From assembly GCA_965371515.1 (NCBI GenBank), contig CBDUYR010000032.1, positions 1 through 28,825 on the forward strand: a stretch of 28,825 bases of DNA. The letters run 5' to 3'. Position 1 is the stretch's first letter. Each line of letters begins with the position of its first letter. The stretch is from an uncultured bacterium (GTDB lineage: Bacteria > Krumholzibacteriota > Krumholzibacteriia > Krumholzibacteriales > Krumholzibacteriaceae). Made by a program: the position numbers and the translations under genes. Positions 9,120 to 17,197 of this stretch are shown here, piece after piece. Below the pieces are notes generated by a model. That model ran no database searches and was not told the origin of the DNA. It saw only the letters and a program-made list of their open reading frames with translations.

Positions 9120-9577
9120 CAGGATTCCCCGTTCATGAATTTCCCGGTCTCGTCCTGCACGTAGGTGACGTATGCTTCCCTGTCCTTGACGAGTTCCCAG
9201 ACGCGGTGGAGATTGAGATAATCCTTACGCTCTCCATCGACGATTCTTTCCAGTACGATTGTCCTGGCGGCAAGCTGGAAGTCGTCGATAAAGTGCTCGT
9301 TCTCGGGGATCTCGAGGTTCACGGGCAGAAACTCTATCTCGCCCGATTCCAGCGCCTCGGGAAATCCCGCTTCGATCGCCTCGAGCGCGTACAACTCTAT
9401 CGTCAGGCAGGTCTTGCAGCGGGCGTTGCCGTGGAAATAATAGGCGATGATCTTCGAGCCGCCATCGTGAGTCTTTTCGGCGGCCGATCTGCCGTCGGAC
9501 CCCTTCATGATCAGGGCTGCCACGCTGGCCGCGACGAATACCAGCAGGAGGATCGTTACGATCTGCTTCGCTTTCAC
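9119..9577 (-). CDS. arsF: ArsF-family exported thioredoxin-fold protein
   Basis: GTG start with SD ggagagg; N-terminal TM/signal; YYFHGNARCKTC (CxxC); located between arsE-like and arsG-like genes. Confidence 0.8.
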   Translation of the reverse strand: MKAKQIVTILLLVFVAASVAALIMKGSDGRSAAEKTHDGGSKIIAYYFHGNARCKTCLTIELYALEAIEAGFPEALESGEIEFLPVNLEIPENEHFIDDFQLAARTIVLERIVDGERKDYLNLHRVWELVKDREAYVTYVQDETGKFMNGES

Positions 9578-9591
9578 CGGGTGCCTCTCCT

Positions 9592-9822
9592 TTATTTGAG
9601 CATCTCTTTGAGCTCTTCGATCTGCGGGACCTTTCCGACGACCTTGATCTCGCCGTCGACGGCAAGCGCAGGTGTCATCATCACGCCGAAATCGAGGATC
9701 TCGGTTATCTCGGTCACCTTCTCGACCTCGGCGTCGAGCCCGAGCTCCCGAACGGCGCGCTCAGTCTGCTCGGCCAGCAGCTTGCACTTCGCGCACCCCG
9801 TTCCCAGTACCTGTATCTTCAT
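9592..9822 (-). CDS. arsE: Small redox-active disulfide protein (MTH895/ArsE-like thioredoxin)
   Basis: 76 aa; MKIQVLGTGCAKC, GVMMTPALAVDG; SD ggaggt. Confidence 0.88.
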   Translation of the reverse strand: MKIQVLGTGCAKCKLLAEQTERAVRELGLDAEVEKVTEITEILDFGVMMTPALAVDGEIKVVGKVPQIEELKEMLK

Positions 9823-9843
9823 CGTCTACCTCCGCGTGATCGG

Positions 9844-11145
9844 TTATCCCGCTATCCAGCCGTAAAGTATTCCGCTTATCGTCGCCATCACGACGACGAG
9901 CGTGACGAATACGAGTGTCTTCCTGGTTCCCATCACGCTTCTTATCACGAGCATGTTCGGCAGGCTCAGTGCCGGGCCGGCCAGCAGGAGCGCCAGTGCC
10001 GGTCCCTTGCCCATGCCGCTGCCTATCAGGCCCTGCAGTATCGGTACTTCTGTCAGCGTGGCGAAATACATCAGCGCCCCGGCGAACGATGCGAAGAAAT
10101 TCGCCCTCAGCGAATTGCCGCCCACCGCGCTGCTGATCCAATCGGACGGGATGAGTCCCTCGCGCCCCACGCGTCCGAGCATCGCGCCGGCTATCAGGAC
10201 GCCGAAAAGCAGGAGAGGAAGGATCTGTTTGGCGAATCCCCATGAGGCCGTGAGCCATTCGGAAGGCTCTCCTTTCTCCGAGCCCGCCGTAAGGGAGATC
10301 CCGATGACGGCGGCGGCGAAGGGAAGCATCGGCTGTTCAGGAAATATGAAGGCGAGTACAGCTGCCGCTGCCGTCGTCAGGGCGACTTTCCACCATCTCA
10401 CACCGAACCAGAATATCAGCATCAGGCCTAGCGCGGCGGCCGAGATCGTCGTGCCGGTCCATTTGAATCTGTAGATCGCCGCCCACACGCCCTCGTTTTC
10501 GGCGGGCCTTCCCCAGTTGGCGAAGACGAGGATGCCGACCATCGCGGCGAAATAGAGGGCCGTCTGCCAGAGGGGCCTGCCCTGCTCGGGATCGGGCATC
10601 GCCGCCTGGGCGGCGGCTTTCTCCTCCTCTTCCTTCCTGAATATCAGGTGCATCAGCACCCCGATGATTATGCTGAACAGCACCGCGCCGACTGCGCGGG
10701 CTATTCCCATCTGCACGCCGAGCACACGTGCGGTGAGCACTATCGCGAGGATGTTGATCGCGGGGCCGGAGTACAGAAACGCGGTCGCCGGCCCGAGTCC
10801 GGCGCCCATCCTGTAGATACCGGCGAACAGCGGGAGGACGGTGCATGAGCAGACGGCCAGGACCGACCCCGAGACCGATGCGACGCCGTATGCGAGGACC
10901 TTGTTCGCCTTCGCCCCGAGATATCGCATCACCGAGGCCTGGTTGACGAAGACCGATATCGCACCGGCTATGAAGAAGGCCGGTATCAGGCAGAGCAGCA
11001 CGTGCTCTCTCGCGTACCACTTCGCGAGGTGGAACGCCTCGAGCAGGGCGTTGTCGAACCGTCCCGTCCCGATGGGCACGTAGAACAGCGCGAGGAACAC
11101 GGCGGCGATCAGCGCCAGTTTCTTCCATTCGTCCCGGAGACTCAT
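9844..11145 (-). CDS. arsP: ArsP-family (DUF318) permease
   Basis: Multi-TM; AVCSCTVLPLF, FLYSGPAIN, YFATLTEVP, LLAGPALSLP internal-repeat motifs. Confidence 0.85.
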   Translation of the reverse strand: MSLRDEWKKLALIAAVFLALFYVPIGTGRFDNALLEAFHLAKWYAREHVLLCLIPAFFIAGAISVFVNQASVMRYLGAKANKVLAYGVASVSGSVLAVCSCTVLPLFAGIYRMGAGLGPATAFLYSGPAINILAIVLTARVLGVQMGIARAVGAVLFSIIIGVLMHLIFRKEEEEKAAAQAAMPDPEQGRPLWQTALYFAAMVGILVFANWGRPAENEGVWAAIYRFKWTGTTISAAALGLMLIFWFGVRWWKVALTTAAAAVLAFIFPEQPMLPFAAAVIGISLTAGSEKGEPSEWLTASWGFAKQILPLLLFGVLIAGAMLGRVGREGLIPSDWISSAVGGNSLRANFFASFAGALMYFATLTEVPILQGLIGSGMGKGPALALLLAGPALSLPNMLVIRSVMGTRKTLVFVTLVVVMATISGILYGWIAG

Positions 11146-11209
11146 ATACTATACCGTTCCAGTTCCATAAAAGTCACATGTCGACCGGACACACGGGATC
11201 GACGCGGGA

Positions 11210-11539
11210 TCATTGATCCTGTTCGAGCATCTTCATCCGCTCCTCGGCGCCGGTCCTGATGACCTTTTCGATGCATTCCATGAAGCTCAGCACGCAGGGG
11301 ACGAGGAGCCTGTAGAAGACCTGCTTTCCTCGCTTCTCGTCCTTGACAATCCCGGCCTGCTTGAGAACGTTCAGATGCCGCGACACGGTCGAGTAGTCTA
11401 CGCCGGCCATATCCACGAATTCGCAGACGCAGCGTTCGCCCTGGCCTAGCTCCTCGGCGATCAGGAGGCGTGTGGGGTGTCCCAGCGCCTTCAGAACTCT
11501 CGATTTTGCTTCAAGATACGTCTTTCTTCTCTCGTCCAT
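11210..11539 (-). CDS. arsR: ArsR/SmtB family transcriptional repressor (first ars unit)
   Basis: KALGHPTRL, ERCVCE, STVSRHL, KRGKQVFYRL, C-terminal PCVLSFMEC. Confidence 0.92.
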   Translation of the reverse strand: MDERRKTYLEAKSRVLKALGHPTRLLIAEELGQGERCVCEFVDMAGVDYSTVSRHLNVLKQAGIVKDEKRGKQVFYRLLVPCVLSFMECIEKVIRTGAEERMKMLEQDQ

Positions 11540-11560
11540 GGGGATTCTCCCTCATTAGTA

Positions 11561-11597
11561 TATTTGGCATAATAGCAAAATAATATACGGCGGTCAA
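11561..11597 (-). promoter_or_regulatory. Sigma70-type promoter (TTGACC-17-TATTAT, extended -10) with overlapping ArsR operator-like palindrome
   Basis: -35 at 11592-11597, -10 at 11569-11574; inverted repeat TATTTGGC-ATAATA-GCAAAATA (11561-11582, 7/8 arm match) centred on the -10. Confidence 0.8.
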
Positions 11598-11680
11598 CTG
11601 GTTTGTTTTATGCAGGACTTAAGTACTGGTCGGACTGGCGATTGATCAGATGGCTCGAACCGATGAAAGGGGTGATAGTC

Positions 11681-12022
11681 ATGAAACAAACCAGATGGAC
11701 CTCGCGGTTGCTAATCATTCTTGTTGCGGCACTTACGCTGATCCTGGCCGGAGATGTCTTTGCCGGCGAAAGTGGTGATAAGAAGGACAAGAAAGACAAG
11801 AAAGACAAAAAAGGTAAGAATGGGGAAGTCATCAGAAAGGACAATGAGAGGACGGGAGCGGTGACCGATCCGACGAGAGCGAAGAAAAGTACACAGGAAT
11901 TGAAGAGCAGCAGGAAAGGAAAGGGAGGAACAGGGAACAGCACGAAAAGACAGACCCGTACGAGGAGCAGACAGAAAAGTCAGAAAAGAAGCAGTAAAAG
12001 AAGCGGCGGCGGGAAGAAATAG
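11681..12022 (+). CDS. Small secreted Lys/Arg-rich low-complexity protein
   Basis: Start reassigned to ATG 11681 behind SD aaaggggtga; signal peptide ending VFA|GE; highly basic mature part; 113 aa. Confidence 0.7.
   Translation: MKQTRWTSRLLIILVAALTLILAGDVFAGESGDKKDKKDKKDKKGKNGEVIRKDNERTGAVTDPTRAKKSTQELKSSRKGKGGTGNSTKRQTRTRSRQKSQKRSSKRSGGGKK
11777..11812 (+). repeat. 4 x 9-bp imperfect coding tandem repeat (Asp-Lys-Lys)
   Basis: gataagaag gacaagaaa gacaagaaa gacaaaaaa. Confidence 0.9.
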
Positions 12023-12136
12023 AGTATATTTAATCCGGATGAGAAAAAGGTCCCATTCTGCAATATTCGGTACCTGATCCGCGAACGCGCTTCAGCGGGA
12101 GGCGGATCGGCGAGTGAACCCGTCCGGAGGTACGAA

Positions 12137-12355
12137 ATGAACCGCCTGTCAATCACGCCGGTCGCCGCGGCCGGTATCATATGTATCGCGATCTTCCTCA
12201 TATCGACCCCGATTTCGGTCAACGCCACGACCTGTATCGAGCCGGATTATCCGGTCGAGGAGATGACGAAGATAAACGATATGTTTCTCAGCCAGGAATG
12301 CGTTGTGGCAGTAGAGGCGTCGAGCTGGGGCGCGATCAAGTCCCTGATGAAGTAA
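12137..12355 (+). CDS. 72-aa secreted peptide with C-terminal VAVEASSWGAIKSL motif
   Basis: SD ggagg; signal peptide ending SVNA|TT; two Cys in the mature part; terminal SWGAIK motif. Confidence 0.75.
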   Translation: MNRLSITPVAAAGIICIAIFLISTPISVNATTCIEPDYPVEEMTKINDMFLSQECVVAVEASSWGAIKSLMK

Positions 12356-12362
12356 TCCCGCA

Positions 12363-13574
12363 ATGAGCGATTCCGTAAAATATCCCGCCGGCGAAGGCCG
12401 TTGGAAAAAAGGCGACCGCGCGATTGCCCACATCGACATGGACGCTTTCTACGCCTCGGTCGAGATACTCGATTTTCCCGAGCTTGCCGGTCTGCCCGTC
12501 GTAGTGGGCGGCGACTCGAACAGGGGCGTCGTCTCGGCGGCGAGCTACGAGGCGCGTAAATACGGGGTTCACTCGGCGATGCCGATATTCCGCGCGAAGC
12601 GCCTCTGCAGCGGCCTGGTGATCAGGCCGGGCAGGATGGCCAGATACGTCGAGCTTTCGAGCGGGGTGATGAAGGTCCTGCACAGGTTTTCCCCGCTCGT
12701 GCAGCAGATCTCGATAGACGAGGCATACGTCGATCTGACCGGCACGGGGAAGCTCTTCGGCCGTCCTTTCTCCGCGGTTCGATCCATTAAAAAAGAAATT
12801 CTGGCCGCAACTTCGCTGACATGCTCGATCGGCCTTTCTTCTAGCAAGCTGATCGCGAAGGTCGCCTCCGACATGAACAAGCCCGACGGGATCACGATCG
12901 TCCCGCCCTCGCGGGTGATGGAGTTTCTGCACGGCCTGCCCGTCGGTGCGATTCCCGGTATCGGGGGAAAGAGCGAGGAGCAGCTCAGGCAGCTCGGCGT
13001 CCGCGAGATCGGGGACCTGTCGCGATACGATACCGAATACCTCGAGGAGAGGTTCGGAAAGTTCGGCCGGCGTCTTTCGGCGATCGCGGAAGGGCGGGTC
13101 CATTCTGAGTTGATTCCCTGGTCCCAGCCGAAATCGGTGAGCAACGAGCTGACCATGCCGGAGGACACCGGCGACATGAGGACGCTCGAGAAGTATCTTC
13201 TCGGCCTCACCGACAAGGTCGGACGGCGTCTGCGCAGGCAGGGGCTCAAGGGGAGGACGGTCACGCTGAAGGTCAAGACCCACAGGCACAGGCTGATCAC
13301 GAGGAGCTCAACGCTCGAGAAGCCTGTCAGCCGGGGGAAGACGATATACGAAGAGGCCCGCCGGCTTCTAGGCGAATACGGCGTTCCGGTGAGCCTGAGG
13401 CTGATAGGAGTGGGCGTCTCGAGCCTCGAGCCCGAGAGGGGAAGCGGCCAGTTCGCGATGTTCGACGGATCGTCCCCGGACGAGGAGAAATGGGACCGGG
13501 TCGAGCGGGCCGTCGACTCTCTCATCGACAGGTTCGGGAGCGGCACTGTCAGAAAGGGCCGGCAGCTCGAGTAG
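12363..13574 (+). CDS. dinB: DNA polymerase IV (Y family)
   Basis: HIDMDAFYASVE, RGVVSAASYEARKYGVHSAM, SIDEAYVD, KVASDMNKPDG, little-finger LRLIGVGVS. Confidence 0.97.
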   Translation: MSDSVKYPAGEGRWKKGDRAIAHIDMDAFYASVEILDFPELAGLPVVVGGDSNRGVVSAASYEARKYGVHSAMPIFRAKRLCSGLVIRPGRMARYVELSSGVMKVLHRFSPLVQQISIDEAYVDLTGTGKLFGRPFSAVRSIKKEILAATSLTCSIGLSSSKLIAKVASDMNKPDGITIVPPSRVMEFLHGLPVGAIPGIGGKSEEQLRQLGVREIGDLSRYDTEYLEERFGKFGRRLSAIAEGRVHSELIPWSQPKSVSNELTMPEDTGDMRTLEKYLLGLTDKVGRRLRRQGLKGRTVTLKVKTHRHRLITRSSTLEKPVSRGKTIYEEARRLLGEYGVPVSLRLIGVGVSSLEPERGSGQFAMFDGSSPDEEKWDRVERAVDSLIDRFGSGTVRKGRQLE

Positions 13575-13577
13575 GGT

Positions 13578-14105
13578 CTACCAGCTTGCCCCTTTGCCGC
13601 TACCGGGAGGGTACCGCTTCAACAACTTCTGGACGGAGTAGTTTATCTGGTCGTTGATCCTGCTGCGGTCCTCGAGTACACCGGTCGCCCAGCCTCTCCA
13701 GATAAGTTGCTTGTCTTCACGGTCGACTATGTCGAGGATCAGCGTCCCCTCCTTGTAATTGTATACGTTTGTGTGAGGGTACCAGTATCCGTAGTAATGG
13801 GTTACGTCGACCCTGTTTCTCGCCGTGAAATACCAGGCCAGGAGGCAGTCGGGATGGCCCTCCTCGATCTTCGTGAGGCCTTTTTTCGCCATCTCGACGT
13901 TGACTGCGTTTTTCACGTGACCCTCGATCAGAGGATCGTTCATCAGCGGATTATCCTCGGTGCCCTTGACGTGGGGGATCCACCTGTATGTCTTGTATTT
14001 CGAGAAGTCGGCCTCGCGGTTGTAATCCGTCTCGACCTGAACCGTAGAACAGCCCGTCATGAAGATGATTGCGGCGAGCGCGATGATGACAGCGGATCTT
14101 TTCAT
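13578..14105 (-). CDS. DUF4136 family lipoprotein
   Basis: Lipobox MTGC; DFSKYKTY, YKEGTLILDIVD...LIWRG. Confidence 0.88.
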   Translation of the reverse strand: MKRSAVIIALAAIIFMTGCSTVQVETDYNREADFSKYKTYRWIPHVKGTEDNPLMNDPLIEGHVKNAVNVEMAKKGLTKIEEGHPDCLLAWYFTARNRVDVTHYYGYWYPHTNVYNYKEGTLILDIVDREDKQLIWRGWATGVLEDRSRINDQINYSVQKLLKRYPPGSGKGASW

Positions 14106-14313
14106 TTTGACCTCCGGGTCTCAGGGTGTGCCGGGAAGAATATAACACCACCGGCGGTCGTCTTCAACGACATTGGGAGCAGATGTCCCCGGGGGGAGCG
14201 CCTCGGGCGGTCTCGAAGCGATTCAATATCCGATTGTAAGCCGCAACGGAAGGCTGTACTATCGTCGGGTGGCCGGGTGCCGGCGACTCACCCATATCAA
14301 TGCGGGAGTGATC

Positions 14314-15003
14314 ATGGCGAAACTGAGGGAACTGCGGTATTTGAACCTTCTCGTAGCAATCGTCGGCATGATGATCATCTCGCCCTTCACGTCCAGATCG
14401 CCCGCCCTCAGGATAGTGAACAACATCGTCCTGACTCTCGTACTTCTCTCCGTCGTCAACACAGTCAAGAGACAAAGGGCGACATTACTGATCGGGCTGG
14501 TGTTGGGTGTTCCCTGGGTGTTGTTAGCCTGGCTTCATCTCATTTTTTCCATCACGATCCACCCCGGAATACTCTCTTTGTCGTCGATGATCTTCGTCGG
14601 ATATATCATTTTCATACTCCTGCGTAACATTATCAGGGCGAAAAAAATAACAGCCGACATCCTGTACGGAGCGGTCAGTGGCTATATCCTTCTCGGGATA
14701 TTCTTCACGTCCCTCTATCTCTTCCTTGATGCAATAACGCCGACGGAGCTGTTCGTATATGCAGGCGCAGGTACTACAGGCGGCCTGATCGATGGCACCG
14801 GAATGTTCTATTTCAGTTTTGTCACCCTCACGACTCTCGGTTACGGTGATATTCAGCCGGTCGCCGATGTATCGAAGATATTCGCCGTCATCGAGGCGAT
14901 GACAGGAGTCCTGTACTCTGCCGCCCTGATCGGAAGGCTGATCGGCCTCTATGTCGCGCAGTCCGGCAAAGACTTTGATAAAGATCCCGGTAGAGACCAA
15001 TGA
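14314..15003 (+). CDS. Potassium channel family protein (Ion_trans_2 pore) without RCK domain
   Basis: Start reassigned to ATG 14314 behind gggag; YFSFVTLTTLGYGDIQP selectivity filter; several N-terminal TM helices. Confidence 0.9.
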   Translation: MAKLRELRYLNLLVAIVGMMIISPFTSRSPALRIVNNIVLTLVLLSVVNTVKRQRATLLIGLVLGVPWVLLAWLHLIFSITIHPGILSLSSMIFVGYIIFILLRNIIRAKKITADILYGAVSGYILLGIFFTSLYLFLDAITPTELFVYAGAGTTGGLIDGTGMFYFSFVTLTTLGYGDIQPVADVSKIFAVIEAMTGVLYSAALIGRLIGLYVAQSGKDFDKDPGRDQ

Positions 15004-16109
15004 TCGATATCCTCAGAAATTCAGTGATGATAACGGGCTTCGTCTTCGTGATGATGCTTGTGATCGAATATGTCAACGTCGTCACGAGCGGCAGGTGGGG
15101 CGAACGCCTCGCCCGCAACAGAGCCGGGCAGTATATCCTCGCCGCTCTGCTCGGGGCGCTGCCGGGATGCCTCGGCCCGTTTGCCATAGTGGCGATGTTC
15201 TCCCACAGGATCGTCGGCCTGGGGGCGGTGATCACCGCCATGATAGCCACGAGCGGTGACGAGACCTTCGTCATGCTCGCCCTGATCCCGAAGCAGACGA
15301 TGATTTTGATCCCGGCGCTGATGGCGACGGGTATCCTCGCCGGCATCCTTACAGATTCACTCTCGGGCAGGGTAAAGTTCCTCGAGAAGATGCACTGCGA
15401 CGGCCTCGTGGTCCATGAGGGTCACGAGGGGAACTACTTCCCCAGGGGGAATATCGCCGGCCAGTGGCGAAACTGCTCGCCGGCCCGCGGTATCCTCGCC
15501 GTCGTGATAGTCCTGCTCCTGCTTGCCGTGATAACGGGACAGTTTTCCCATCACGGCCACGGCATGGAGGAGATGGTGGGGGCTGCGCCGGAGGCGAGCG
15601 GTCACATGCTGGAGGGTGACCACGCCGATGACCACGGCGGATGGGGATGGATACGCACGACCCTTCTCGTTACATCGCTCCTCGCCCTCTTCATCGTGGT
15701 GACCGTCCCCGACCATTTTCTCGATGAGCACCTCTGGAGCCATATCGCCGTCCGGCACGTCCCGAGAATATTCCTCTGGACCTTCGGAGCTCTGCTCGTC
15801 CTGTACCTGCTCACCTCGTATTTCGACATGGATCTCGGCAGGCTCGTCTCGCGCGGGCAGTGGTTCGTCCTGATTGCAGCCTGCCTCGCCGGGCTGATCC
15901 CGCAGTCGGGACCGCATCTGATATTCGTGACACTGTTTGCGGGCGGATACATCCCGATGAGCGTCCTGCTGGCCAACTCGATCGTGCAGGACGGTCACGG
16001 CATGCTGCCGGTCCTTGCACATTCGAGGCGTGTTTTCATCCTGATCAAGATCATCAATCTCGCGTTCGGCCTGCTTGTCGGTGCTGCGGCGATGGCGTCG
16101 GGTATATGA
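15000..16109 (+). CDS. Putative heavy-metal exporter (DUF2899/ArsP_2-like) with His-rich loops
   Basis: ATGA overlap with the channel gene; LGALPGCLG, MIATSGDE, HFLDEHLWSHI, LIPQSGPH, NSIVQDGHG motifs. Confidence 0.8.
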   Translation: MIDILRNSVMITGFVFVMMLVIEYVNVVTSGRWGERLARNRAGQYILAALLGALPGCLGPFAIVAMFSHRIVGLGAVITAMIATSGDETFVMLALIPKQTMILIPALMATGILAGILTDSLSGRVKFLEKMHCDGLVVHEGHEGNYFPRGNIAGQWRNCSPARGILAVVIVLLLLAVITGQFSHHGHGMEEMVGAAPEASGHMLEGDHADDHGGWGWIRTTLLVTSLLALFIVVTVPDHFLDEHLWSHIAVRHVPRIFLWTFGALLVLYLLTSYFDMDLGRLVSRGQWFVLIAACLAGLIPQSGPHLIFVTLFAGGYIPMSVLLANSIVQDGHGMLPVLAHSRRVFILIKIINLAFGLLVGAAAMASGI

Positions 16110-16146
16110 CACTGCCGGGTCACGGGAAGATTCCAGAGAGGACCTG

Positions 16147-17145
16147 ATGACTGACATGGAATTCGACAGGATAGTCACACACAGCGATTTTGACGGGATC
16201 GTCTCGGGGGCGATATGCTCGGCTGCGCTCGGGTGCGACCGGATCATCTTCACTGGCCCCAACTCGATAGCGCGTGCCGAGATCTCCGTCGGCCCCTCCG
16301 ACGTCGTCTGCGATCTTCCCTACCCGCTCGACTGCGGGATCTGGTTCGACCACCACCCGGGCAATCTCGAGGCTGTCAGGCTGAGGGGGATCGACCCAGC
16401 CGGTATACCGGGGCGTTTCGACGAGAAGCCTTCATGCGCGAGGGTCGTGCTGGAGTATTTCACCGAGGAGGGATTCGAATTTCCCGCGCATATCGCAGCG
16501 ACCGTCGACGAGGCGGACACGATCGACTCCTTCGACTACCGCAGCGTCGCCGAATGGCGGGAGGAGACTCCTGGAAAGCTCGTCGACATGAGCATCAAGT
16601 CGGATTTTCGTGATTTCAGGGAGCAGACTAGATTTCTTCGGCGCCTCACGGAGATGGTCAGGGAGATGCCGCTCGAGGATATCGTCGAGGACGAAGAGGT
16701 CTCGACCCGGATAGACTCATACAGGGCCGGCGAGGAAAAGATGCTGCGTCTCATCAAAGAGTCCGTCTCGTTCCTCGAGCAGGACACCGAAAGCGAGCTG
16801 ATAGTGATGGATTTCACGCATCACAAGCGCCGGCCGAGGGTGATCCGTAACCTCGCCTACATGCTCTATCCCGGGGCCCTCGGCGCGATGACGATCAACT
16901 CGCTCTTTCGCCGCGGCACGAAGACGAACGATCTGAGTATCACGATATCGCTGTCGATGAATATGACCGGCCGCGCCCACGGTAAGGACATGGGCGAGAT
17001 AATGCGCTCGCTCGACATCGGCGACGGCCATGCCGGCGCGGCGGCCGGAACTATCCAGTGCCACTCGAAGGAGATGATGCTCCGCGAGAAGAAGCGCGCC
17101 CTCGACGAGATCTGGGCGATGTGGAAAGAGATGCCCGCCGGTTGA
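16147..17145 (+). CDS. DHH-family phosphoesterase (NrnA/exopolyphosphatase-like)
   Basis: IVTHSDFDG, CDLPY, WFDHH, C-terminal GDGHAGAA (GGGH-like DHHA1 motif); start ATG 16147 inferred from SD. Confidence 0.85.
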   Translation: MTDMEFDRIVTHSDFDGIVSGAICSAALGCDRIIFTGPNSIARAEISVGPSDVVCDLPYPLDCGIWFDHHPGNLEAVRLRGIDPAGIPGRFDEKPSCARVVLEYFTEEGFEFPAHIAATVDEADTIDSFDYRSVAEWREETPGKLVDMSIKSDFRDFREQTRFLRRLTEMVREMPLEDIVEDEEVSTRIDSYRAGEEKMLRLIKESVSFLEQDTESELIVMDFTHHKRRPRVIRNLAYMLYPGALGAMTINSLFRRGTKTNDLSITISLSMNMTGRAHGKDMGEIMRSLDIGDGHAGAAAGTIQCHSKEMMLREKKRALDEIWAMWKEMPAG

Positions 17146-17197
17146 GACCGGCAGGCATCGGAATGATCTTCAAGCAGCGGTGCAGCCGTGTTGTTTC

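Noticed and set aside
6736..11539. Selenocysteine versions of ars proteins
   Set aside because: All redox and metal-binding positions are ordinary Cys codons and the ORFs are full length
6726..11600. ars cluster as a mobile island
   Set aside because: No integrase, transposase, tRNA or flanking direct repeats seen; composition looks like the core genes
11777..11812. Short repeats as a CRISPR array or phase-variation tract
   Set aside because: In-frame 9-bp coding repeats without spacers; no cas genes
12023..12362. SOS box upstream of dinB
   Set aside because: No recognisable LexA palindrome; the gatccgc...gcggatc stem is unexplained but insufficient
12336..13546. Long antisense ORFs (317 and 325 aa) opposite dinB; similar ones opposite ettA, the M24 peptidase, divIVA and ileS
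   Set aside because: Shadow ORFs expected from high-GC codon bias; no motifs, and they overlap well-supported genes
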